Below, in pieces: positions 1 to 9,458 of a stretch of DNA of 62,507 nt. The DNA comes from Bacteroidales bacterium (GTDB taxonomy: Bacteria; Bacteroidota; Bacteroidia; Bacteroidales; UBA12077), in the NCBI GenBank assembly GCA_028282585.1, contig JANQHR010000088.1, positions 1-62,507 of the forward strand, given 5' to 3'. Under the pieces are notes generated by a model. It was not told the DNA's origin and searched no databases. It saw only the letters and a program-made list of their open reading frames with translations. The position numbers were made by a program, and so were the translations under genes. The stretch's first letter is position 1. The number at the start of each line of letters is the position of its first letter.

Positions 1-8
1 CTGATGAA

Positions 9-653
9 GTGATAAGCCCGATTCACTCCATATTCGTTGACCAATGGGATTGGGAAAAGAGAATTTCCCTAAGGGATAGAAACCTTGTTTATTTAAAAAA
101 AACGGTTAAGTTAATTTATAAATCTATTAAATCTACAGAAGGGTATTTAACGGAATTTATTCCCTTTTTTAGTCAATACCTGCCTGATGAAATCACTTTT
201 ATTCATTCTGAAGAGCTTCAATACAGGTACCCCAAATTAACAACCAAAGAAAGAGAATACATTGTAGCCAAAGACCATGGAGCGGTTTTTATAATTGGTA
301 TAGGCCATGAACTTGCAGATGATATTCCTCACGATTTAAGAGCACCTGATTATGACGATTGGTCGACTCAAACAGGAGCTAATTATAAAGGGTTAAATGG
401 CGATATTATTTTATGGAACCCGATTTTAGAAACTGCTTTTGAAATTTCTTCTATGGGCATTAGAGTAGATAAAGAATCATTATTAAAGCAACTAAAGATA
501 ACCAAAACAGAATTTAGGGCAGGCTTATCTTTCCATGATAAATTACTGAAAGGTGAACTACCATTAACAATTGGGGGAGGAATTGGACAATCCAGGTTAG
601 CCATGCTTTTATTAAAACAAAAACATATTAGTGAGGTGCAAGCAACTATCTAA
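9..653 (+). CDS. asnA: Aspartate--ammonia ligase (AsnA), 5' end outside the window
   Basis: Motifs HSIFVDQWDWE, RAPDYDDW, GLNGDI, EISSMGIRVD, TIGGGIGQSRL. Confidence 0.93.
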   Translation: MISPIHSIFVDQWDWEKRISLRDRNLVYLKKTVKLIYKSIKSTEGYLTEFIPFFSQYLPDEITFIHSEELQYRYPKLTTKEREYIVAKDHGAVFIIGIGHELADDIPHDLRAPDYDDWSTQTGANYKGLNGDIILWNPILETAFEISSMGIRVDKESLLKQLKITKTEFRAGLSFHDKLLKGELPLTIGGGIGQSRLAMLLLKQKHISEVQATI

Positions 654-714
654 TTTTGAGCAAATAGTACGATCCTTACCATGTGCGGCACTGGAATAAT
701 TTCATTGTCCCCTG

Positions 715-740
715 AAACCTGCTTAAAGCAGGTTTTTTTT
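715..740 (+). terminator. Intrinsic terminator after asnA
   Basis: aaacctgct-taa-agcaggttt hairpin followed by a T run. Confidence 0.8.
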
Positions 741-880
741 GTAATAAAAGGACGGCACTGAAAAAATATATGATAAAAAATAATTATACCCAAGACCAAT
801 ACCTTCCAATTTATTTTATGATTATTTATAAAAATTGTAAATTCACATAAACAAAATGTGTTAAAGGAAATGTATCATCA

Positions 881-943
881 ATTGTTGTTATATGTAGTTA
901 TTGTAGGTATAACAACAATGAATTTATACTACAGTTACCATGC
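881..943 (+). other. Putative primary (attI-like) site / start of mrr cassette
   Basis: Perfect 12-bp IR attgttgttata (881-892) / tataacaacaat (908-919), then GTTACCATGC at 934. Confidence 0.4.
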
Positions 944-959
944 ATTAAAATAGAAGGAA

Positions 960-1823
960 ATGGACATACATTTTAATTATAAATATGACGATTTGTTTAA
1001 CCCAACTTTGAAGGCGATTAAAAACCTTGGAGGCTCTGGAGCAGTTTCAGAGATAGAGGAACAGGTAATAGAGATTCTCCAGTTATCAGAAGAGGCAGTG
1101 AATGAAATTCATCGTGAAAGTACAACTAAGTTAACCTATAGATTAGCTTGGGCTAGAAACTACTTGAAAAGGTATGATTTATTAGAAAATTCTTCAAGAG
1201 GAATTTGGGCTTTGACCAAAAAAGGTCAAAAAACAGAATCTGTAGATAAGGAAAAAGTAAAAAGACTTGTAGCCATGCAGGATAAGGCAAAGCGTATAAT
1301 TAAAAAACAAAAAGATATCGCATCTTCCAATATAGAAGAAACTACTAGAGAGACAGAAGAGTTTAATTGGCAAAACAAGTTGATTGAAACGATGAAAGGA
1401 ATTAAACCAGACCAATTTGAACGTTTATGTCAAAGGCTTCTTAGAGAATTAGGGTTTGTAAATGTTGAAGTTACAGGAAAAACAAACGATGGCGGAATCG
1501 ATGGAAAAGGAATAATAAAGTTAGGTGGTGTTCTTTCGTATCATGTAGTTTTTCAAGCAAAAAGATATCAAGATTCGGTTTCGGCATCTGTGATTAGAGA
1601 CTTTAGAGGTGCAATGGTCGGAAGAGCAGATAAAGGATTAATATTGACAACCGGAAGTTTTACGCGAGAAGCGAAGAAAGAAGCAATAAGAGATGGAGCT
1701 ACACCAATTGACTTAATGGACGGCAATGAATTTGCTGAACGATTAAAAGAATTAAACCTTGGTGTTTCCATCGAAATGGTAGAACAAGTTAATATAAAAT
1801 CAGATTGGTTTATGAATTTATAA
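960..1823 (+). CDS. mrr: Mrr-family type IV restriction endonuclease
   Basis: N-terminal winged helix (YRLAWARNYLK, RGIWALT); catalytic FERLC..DGGIDG..QAKRY..IRDFRG..LTTGSFT. Confidence 0.9.
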   Translation: MDIHFNYKYDDLFNPTLKAIKNLGGSGAVSEIEEQVIEILQLSEEAVNEIHRESTTKLTYRLAWARNYLKRYDLLENSSRGIWALTKKGQKTESVDKEKVKRLVAMQDKAKRIIKKQKDIASSNIEETTRETEEFNWQNKLIETMKGIKPDQFERLCQRLLRELGFVNVEVTGKTNDGGIDGKGIIKLGGVLSYHVVFQAKRYQDSVSASVIRDFRGAMVGRADKGLILTTGSFTREAKKEAIRDGATPIDLMDGNEFAERLKELNLGVSIEMVEQVNIKSDWFMNL

Positions 1824-1828
1824 ATAAC

Positions 1829-2029
1829 GCATGCCAACACTTCATATAGCAAATAAGGCGGATAGTGGATTATTGAACGGCAGTTCTTCGATGGAACACC
1901 GCCGAAACTTTTGCTTCGGCTACAAAAAAATACTTCAGTGGTGCCAAAACAAAAGCTTTAGCTCAGTGCAAACTTGATAGGTTTGTTCTCCGAAATGCCT
2001 TACTTGCCATATACTCACCATTGTAGCAC
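1829..2029 (+). repeat. Long attC-like site
   Basis: Opens GCATGCCAAC 5 nt after the stop; imperfect arms atatagcaaataaggc / gccttacttgccatat; closes ATTGTAGCAC. Confidence 0.65.
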
Positions 2030-2075
2030 ATTAGGTAAACCGATAAATGAGTACTAGAACGCAAAAGATAAAAAT

Positions 2076-2456
2076 ATGACGAACTACATAGATGGCTTCG
2101 TTCTTCCAATTCCGCGAATTTATTTGGAAGAATACAAAAAAGTGGTTGAAAAAGTAGCCCAAATTTGGAAAGAGTATGGTGCAATTGCTTACTTCGAATT
2201 CGTTGGTGATGATTTGACTTTAGAAGGCACGAAATCTTTTATAGAGACCTTAGATGCAAAAGCAGACGAGGAAATTGTATTTGGTTGGGTTGTTTTTCCC
2301 TCAAAAGAGATACGTGACTTAGCCAACAAAAAAGTTCCTTCAGACCCAAGAATGACAAAATTAACTGCACCTTTAACTGACCCAAATAAGTTAATATTTG
2401 ATGGCAGTAGAATGGTTTATGGAGGGTTTCAGCCGCTTGTACAATCGAATGAATAG
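2076..2456 (+). CDS. DUF1428 (YbaA-like) family protein
   Basis: YIDGFVLPIP..IWKEYGA..E..GDD..VFGW..FDGSRMVYGGF. Confidence 0.88.
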   Translation: MTNYIDGFVLPIPRIYLEEYKKVVEKVAQIWKEYGAIAYFEFVGDDLTLEGTKSFIETLDAKADEEIVFGWVVFPSKEIRDLANKKVPSDPRMTKLTAPLTDPNKLIFDGSRMVYGGFQPLVQSNE

Positions 2457-2497
2457 GTGCTAAAATTACAATTTTGCGACTTATCTATAACCCGGAG

Positions 2498-3094
2498 CTA
2501 CCTGGCCATTTCCTTTACTTCTTGCATTTTATCCAGTGAAGATTTTATCATTAAAAGCCTTTGGTTTATATTAATTAGGCGTATGTCGATTTTAATTGGT
2601 TTAAGAATTTCCAGTTCTTCATCTTTTAAACCAGAAAGTTCTCTTAGTACCTGAATTTTTGTAACAACAAATGATATTGCCTGAAGGATATTTTCATAAA
2701 TAAATTTGCCTTTAACCAACTTCTCCTGGCCATCTTCTAGTTTTAAAAGTTTTCTTTCACGGTTCTTTACCTGGCCTTGTTTTTGAAGCTTTTCGTAAAG
2801 GTTTGATTTTTTAGTGTCATCTTCTTTATAAAAGATTGCTTCTGAAACATCTGTTTTTAAAAGCGTTATAAGTGATTTAACATTTGGGCCGTTCGGTTTT
2901 AATGATTTATAAGCTTTAAAATTAATAACGTTTAAAATCTCGAGGTTGCCCAGAACCTCAAGGTAAAGCAACCTTAGAAAAGTTGTTGTATCCTTTTTAA
3001 TTTGCTTATACTTGTCAATTTTATCAATTAACTTATCAATTAAGTTCAATGAATTTTCAGCTATTTCCAGGCCTGTATTTATTGGGTTAGTCAT
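2498..3094 (-). CDS. Hypothetical helical protein
   Basis: 198-aa ATG ORF, Lys/Leu-rich, 4 nt downstream of the 137-aa ORF. Confidence 0.7.
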   Translation of the reverse strand: MTNPINTGLEIAENSLNLIDKLIDKIDKYKQIKKDTTTFLRLLYLEVLGNLEILNVINFKAYKSLKPNGPNVKSLITLLKTDVSEAIFYKEDDTKKSNLYEKLQKQGQVKNRERKLLKLEDGQEKLVKGKFIYENILQAISFVVTKIQVLRELSGLKDEELEILKPIKIDIRLININQRLLMIKSSLDKMQEVKEMAR

Positions 3095-3098
3095 GTTA

Positions 3099-3512
3099 TT
3101 ATTTTTTTGCTAAGTACTTTTTAATAAATATAAATAATCCTAAAATGAAAAGTGGCCAACCTATCCAAAAATGCTTTCCGGTATAATTTCCTTGCATATC
3201 TTCAAATAGGCTCGTAAACTCAAAAAATGTTACTATTATGGCAATACCTGAAAACATTAGGGCTGGTTTGAAAATTTCCGGAAACTTTACTTTATTGGTA
3301 TGCAGGACACCAAATAATATAAAAAATATATAACCAAAAATTGTTGATGTTAATTGAGTAATTTCAGAAAATTTTCCGGCGTAAGCAGCTAAGGGAATTA
3401 TTTTGACTGAAATTCCTTGAAATTCGAATCCATTGTTAAGGTTATACCCTAAGGTTAAAACCTGGGAGAAAATTAAGCCAAGAATAAGCAATAGTATTGA
3501 AAGCTTCTTCAT
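3099..3512 (-). CDS. Hypothetical membrane protein (about 4 TM)
   Basis: Four hydrophobic segments; tattttcg (-7-like) just upstream. Confidence 0.7.
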   Translation of the reverse strand: MKKLSILLLILGLIFSQVLTLGYNLNNGFEFQGISVKIIPLAAYAGKFSEITQLTSTIFGYIFFILFGVLHTNKVKFPEIFKPALMFSGIAIIVTFFEFTSLFEDMQGNYTGKHFWIGWPLFILGLFIFIKKYLAKK

Positions 3513-3556
3513 TACGATGTATTTTTCACCGAAAATAACAAAAATAATGTAAGGAA

Positions 3557-4261
3557 CTATACAAACTTTTCACGTTTTTGTAAGTTAATTAAAGCCCATA
3601 ATAAAGAAACCACCGACCCAATTATTAACATTAAGCGGTTCTGGCTTAATACATTTTTCCAAACAGTGAGGCTAATATCACTTGGTACGTCAAAAGGGTT
3701 CAAAAATATATTCCATTTACTGCTTCTTAAAGGTTCATGCATAATCCAAAAAACCAGCCCGATAATAATCATAATAACAGCTGCTCCGCTGGCATTTTTA
3801 ACCAGGGTAGCAAATAAAAAAGATAAACAGGATAGGAAGAACAAAGGGTACATCACCTCATAAACCATTTTTAAAACCGGTATACGGAGTACAGCAAATA
3901 CTGTAAACCATGACATGGCAAGCAAAATTATAGTAGCTAATACCATACTAATAACAAACCTGATAAGATAAACCTTGTAACGGTAATTAGGAACTCCAAA
4001 TATAATTTCGAGCATTCGGGCATCCTTGTCGTTCTGAACATTAAAAATAACAGGGTAAAATATTACCAGTAAACCCGGGAATAGAATTACGCCATAAATA
4101 TCGCGTTCTGCAATAGATGCATTCTGAAATAGCATAATTCCCATAATTATTAGAAAGAATGCAACTGCTGCTATTAAGAAGTAAATGAATTTATTAGCAA
4201 ATACAATCCTTAAATTATACACCAATATATCGAATGCGAGCTTTATTCTGTTCGATTTCAT
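3557..4261 (-). CDS. ABC-2-type permease-like membrane protein (6 TM)
   Basis: Six TM segments, DKDARMLEIIFGVP coupling-helix-like segment; ATGA overlap with the upstream RND-ABC gene. Confidence 0.75.
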   Translation of the reverse strand: MKSNRIKLAFDILVYNLRIVFANKFIYFLIAAVAFFLIIMGIMLFQNASIAERDIYGVILFPGLLVIFYPVIFNVQNDKDARMLEIIFGVPNYRYKVYLIRFVISMVLATIILLAMSWFTVFAVLRIPVLKMVYEVMYPLFFLSCLSFLFATLVKNASGAAVIMIIIGLVFWIMHEPLRSSKWNIFLNPFDVPSDISLTVWKNVLSQNRLMLIIGSVVSLLWALINLQKREKFV

Positions 4262-7200
4262 TGCTTTACCATTTTTTCTTTTGTTAACAAATACAAGTAG
4301 GCATCTTCGAGGTTAGCTTTTACCGGTTTAGCTTCCGAAGTAGGAGCCACATCAGAAAGGCAACGGCACCGGATCATTTCTCCGTCTTTCATATGATGTA
4401 TAATTGCATATTCATCCTTTAACTTTTCAAACTCATCTTCATGAATGTTCATCATCCATACTTTTTCTTCTGCTAACTTAGCCATTTTTATTGGCGCTCC
4501 CAGGTATTTTACTTCACCTTTTTTCATTACTGCAACCATATTACATGAACTTGCAACATCTTCGATAATGTGAGTTGAGAAAATTACAATACGTTCTCGG
4601 CTAAGTTCTACTAATAAGTTCCTGAAACGTATACGCTCACGAGGGTCGAGGCCTGCGGTTGGTTCATCCACAACAAGGATTTTAGGCAAATGAAGCAGAA
4701 TTTGAGCAATTCCAATTCTTTGTTTCATTCCACCGGAGAAGGAGCCAATTTTTTCATCTTTATTTTCGAACATATGAACTGCATTTAAAACGTACTCAAC
4801 ACGTTTTGCCCTTTCTTCCTGGTTGTATAGTTTCTTTAAGATTCCCATATAGTGTAAGAAGTCCCAGGCAGTCATATTTTCGTACATTCCAAATTCCTGC
4901 GGAAGGTATCCGATTAAACCTTGCAGTTCTTCTCGCTTCTCTCGTACGTCAATACCATTAATGGTAATTTGCCCATAACTTTGCTCAAGGATTCCACATA
5001 TAATTCTCATTAATGTTGATTTTCCTGCACCATTAGGTCCAAGCAAGCCAAACATCCCATTTTTAATATCAACTGAAACTCCTTTAAGGGCTTTAAAAGG
5101 AACTTTCTTTTTACCGATTACAGGAATTACCAATACGAATTTGTAAAATCCTTTTCTAATCCCTTTGAATTTACCTTTTAAACGGTTTACATCTACCTTT
5201 TTCCTATACAGGTTATCGGATGTAACTTTTATAAGTACCAAGAAATACCATAATGCTCCCATCGGGATAACTAAGCCCAATAGTTCATACTTTTTAAAGA
5301 ATAGGTAAAGAGCAAGAGCAGGGAAAGCCCAGAAGAATAACTTTGATACTAATAGAATCAACCTGCTTAAAAGCTTAAGTTTCTTTTTTGCCTTTAAGTT
5401 TCGAGCATATTTTTCGACCGGCACTAAAAAATAGGAAGTTAATATGTAAAGGAAAATTGGAAGAATAAAATACCATAACCCATTTTCAAGGTGGAAATAG
5501 ATAAAATACACGATAAACCCAACCAATGGTACTTGCCAAATGAGTTGGCCAAAGTCTTTAATTGTGGTAAATTCATGCTCGATTCCCAATCTTTTACGTA
5601 TGTTTATTCCTGATTTCCATTCGCGCACAAAACGGCTATCCCAATCATAGATTTTCACAAGGTTTCTAACCTTAATGTGTAACGATTCATCTTCTCCAAT
5701 AAGTTTTTCAGATGCTTTTCTTAAGCTGTTTTGAATAAAGTAAATGGTAGCAGGAACAATGATCATTAGCCCAATAAAGTCAATTATTTGCCATACCCTT
5801 CGGTCAACTTCAGTAAATATAAAGTAGCTGCCTATTACCCATATTGCTATTTGTATTAGCTTAATATAAGGCTTTTGGCTTTGAATCCATTGTAAAGATG
5901 ATTGCAACCCGGAATTCAAGGTCGGAATAAAAACCAAAGTAAGCAACGTACTTACCGTTAATCCTCCAATTATCGTAATTGCGAACGGAACTCCAATTAG
6001 AGTTACATATTCAGCTTTACCTAAGGCTAATGGAATCAGTGCGATAATTGTTGTAATTGCTGTAATAAGAATAGGGCGTACACGTGCTAAGCCTGCCATC
6101 ATTAAAGCGCGGGATTCTGAATAACCTCTTCGGCGCAGTACCCTGGAATAATCGATAAGGATTATTCCATTATTGACTACAATCCCAAGCAATATCAATA
6201 ATCCGGTTAGTACGTTGGTGTTTAGCAAGGATGTCCCGGTAAGAATTAATAAAACTAACGAACCAATTGCCGCCATAGGTATTGAGAACATCATTACAAT
6301 AGGAGTGGAGAATGACTCAAATACAGATGACAGAATCATGTAAATAAGGATAAATGCCATTAATAACAAGAAAGCAAATTCTCCCAATTCATTTTCATCA
6401 TGAATAACTTCCAATGCAATTCCGGATGAAAGTGTCATGCCTTCGACTAATTCATCAATTTCGATCCGCGCAGCTTCCAGTAAATCCTTTTCATCCTGAA
6501 CCTCACTAATAAACTGGTAAACAACTTCAAGTTGTTTCTCCTGGTTTGTCCTTCTTATTACAGATAAGCCTTCGGTAAAATTAAAACTGCTTATTTCCTG
6601 CATTTCGAATTGAGAACCCTGGTTGCCCCTGACATTTAAAGTTTTTAATTCCTTTACATTTCGTTCTTTTTGGGTTTTATAGCCTATTGTTTTAATAAGG
6701 ATATCATACTCTTCTGTTCCTTGTTTAAACATTACTCCACTTGAAAACTCGTGCTGGAATGAGTTTAATTCAGAAAGCACAGAAGCTACTGGGATATCAT
6801 ATAATGCCATTAATTGTTTGTCGAAATTAAGCATAAGTTCCGGGCGCTTATCCGGAACGCGAATATCAATATTTTCAACAGAAGTAAGTTGCCCCAGGTA
6901 ATACTTAACATCATTAGCCTGGTTTAACATTTTATCAAAATCTTGCCCTTTGATTACAACTTTTTCTCTTTGAGCGCCAATTCCCAGCATCCTTCCAAAT
7001 TCATCATCATCGTAGCTATCTCCGCCAAAACGCCCACTCGCCGGCGGGTCCCAGCTAAATTCCGCCGGGCTCAGTTCTTCAAGCCTTTCAATGATTTCGT
7101 TTTTAATTTTAGGAATCGAAAAATTTCTGATTTTTTTGTAATCATCAACCAAAAATATGGTTAGCGTAGCTTCTTCTTCGTAAATCTGGCTAAGGACATC

Positions 7201-8970
7201 TTTCTTTTCTTCTAAATCTTCGAGTTTCTTTTCTGCTTCCGCAACAAGAATATCTGTATTCTCCAAGGTTGTACCACTAGGCATGGTAACATAAAGCGTA
7301 ACATCTTTTATTTCTGCTTCTTGTGTGGAAATGAAACTTACACCTAAACTTATTAAAAGCGCTGCAAAAAATATGATTAATGCTCCCAGAATTGTCCTTC
7401 CAGGTTTACGCATGCAGGTTTTAAGGAGTACCAGGTAAATCTGGATTAGCCTGTTGTGAAGTGATATTTTTTCAAACTGGATTGGTTTATCTTGCTTTCT
7501 GAATTTCAGGAATGCATGTGTGATCATAGGAATTAACAGTAGGGCAACTACCAAAGAAACTAGCAAGGTAGAAATGATAGAAACTCCGATGTGCTTTCCT
7601 ATTAACCCGATAAAGAAATCGGTTGAAAATACAAAAGGAAGAAAAACGGTAACCGTTGTTAAAGTTGCTGCAAATATAGAACGCCATACTTCTTTGGTTC
7701 CTTGTATTACAGCCTGGTCCGGGTGAACTTTCTTAGCAGCAAGGCGATAAATGTTTTCCAAAACAACAACACTATTATCAAGCAGCATCCCGATGGCGAG
7801 TGCCATTCCCAGAAGTGTTAAGCTATTTATGGTTATACCTGCAGCATAAAAGAAGTTAAATGCTGTGTAAACTGATATAGGAATTGCCAGGGCAATAGCA
7901 ACAACCAGCCTGAAATTCTTTAAAAATATCCATAAGATGAATATGGCAAGCAATCCACCTAAAAGTGCTAATTGAATTATGGAATCGATGTTCTTTTCCA
8001 TGGTATCAGCATCATTTCGCTGAATAACCAATTCAATATCTTTTGATTCAAATTCTTTATTTAATTCTTTTATTTGATCCTTAACTGCATTAGATAATGC
8101 GATAATATTGGCTTGAGAATCTTTGGTAATTGCAATAGTTACAGCTTCTTTTCCATTAACCCGGCTGTAAGAGTCCTGTTCTTTTACACCGTAATGAATA
8201 TCAGCTATATCTTTTAATTTAATTTTACCTTGTTCTTTAACCACAACATTATGAATATCCTGAATATCATCAAATTCTGATATTACATTCACAAAGTGTA
8301 ATTGGTTATTGCTGGTAACTTTGCCGGCAAAAGTCCTTGATTTACTATTATTATTTAAAGCAGTCCGTACATCGGCTGGAGAAATACCATAACTATCGCA
8401 AATATCCTGGTGTAAAAGAACCTCAATAGACTTTTCTCTACCTCCAAATACTTCTGCATTGGCGATACCATCAATATTCTTGATTTTATTTATTATTTCT
8501 TTATCGGTAACTTGCCTTACCCGGTCAACACCACCACCGCCACGCACCTGCAATGTCATAAACATATTGTTTAATTGCTCGAGGTCGAATTTGAAAGTTT
8601 GTACCTGGAATTCTTCAGGCAATGTAGTTTTTACTTCATCTATCTTCTCAACCAGTTTGAGGTACGCAAACTTTAAGTCGGTGTTTTTTTCATATGAAAT
8701 TTGAATAGAACCAGACTGTTGCCCGGCAGTGGATTCAATTTTTTCAATCCCTTTTAGTGTTCCAATTGCACCTTCTAAAGGTATAATAGCCTGGTTTTCC
8801 ATGTATTTAGGGTCAACCTCTAACGGAGAGGCAACCTGTACAAATAACATGGGGAAAGTTGCATTAGGATAAAGTTCAACTGCCAGTTGTTTGTAGGATA
8901 TATAACCAAGCATGGTTAATCCTGTAAACAACATGGCGATGAGTACTTTTCTTTTTATAATGAAATTCAT
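4258..8970 (-). CDS. AcrB/AcrD/AcrF-family RND permease fused to extra TM helices and an ABC ATPase domain
   Basis: RND motifs [34 protein letters not shown] in the first ~1020 aa; [23 protein letters not shown], STH at the C-terminus. Confidence 0.92.
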   Translation of the reverse strand: [1570 protein letters not shown]

Positions 8971-8979
8971 TTTTTAATT

Positions 8980-9010
8980 TTCTCGCAGAGCCGCAATGAC
9001 GCAAAGCTCT
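8980..9010. repeat. 8-nt-period CGCAAAG-type repeat, 3' flank of GxxExxY-1
   Basis: ttctcgcagagccgcaatgacgcaaagctct; inverted relative to 9404-9429. Confidence 0.7.
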
Positions 9011-9012
9011 CA

Positions 9013-9390
9013 TTATAAATTATTCACGATTCTTTTAATTCCATCTTTAATGAGTTTTTCATTAAAGTTGACTAATAAACCCAATTTTAGCCCTGTGATT
9101 CTTAAATAGGTTAATAATTGTTTGGGGTGAACAGGTGCAATTATTTCAACTGATTTTAACTCTATTATTACTTTGTTTTCTACAACTAAATCAGCTCTAA
9201 AACCTATTTCCATTTTTCTATCCTTCCATATAACAGGAATTGCTTTTTGCCTCTCAACTTTTAGGCCCTGTTCTAATAATTCGTGATACAATATTTCTTC
9301 ATAAACAGATTCTAATAAACCTGGCCCAAGTTGTACATGAATATTGTAGCATGTATTGATAATTATTTTTGAGAGTTCGTTTTCTGTCAT
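9013..9390 (-). CDS. GxxExxY protein (PD-(D/E)XK nuclease-like)
   Basis: LGPGLLESVYEE, FRADLVVENKVIIELK, QLLTYL, GLLVNF; start moved to MTENEL at 9390. Confidence 0.92.
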   Translation of the reverse strand: MTENELSKIIINTCYNIHVQLGPGLLESVYEEILYHELLEQGLKVERQKAIPVIWKDRKMEIGFRADLVVENKVIIELKSVEIIAPVHPKQLLTYLRITGLKLGLLVNFNEKLIKDGIKRIVNNL

Positions 9391-9403
9391 TGTTCTGGTT
9401 TTT

Positions 9404-9454
9404 CTTTGCGACTTAGCACCTTTGCGTGAAAATATATCTCGCAAAGACGCCAAG
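9404..9454. repeat. CTTTGCG/CGCAAAG hairpin repeat, 5' flank of GxxExxY-1
   Basis: ctttgcgacttagcacctttgcgtga-aaatata-tctcgcaaagacgccaag. Confidence 0.7.
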
Positions 9455-9458
9455 AATA

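Noticed and set aside
960-1823. Complete restriction-modification system
   Set aside because: No DNA methyltransferase nearby; 60903-61679 lacks DPPY/NPPY/PC motifs; Mrr acts alone
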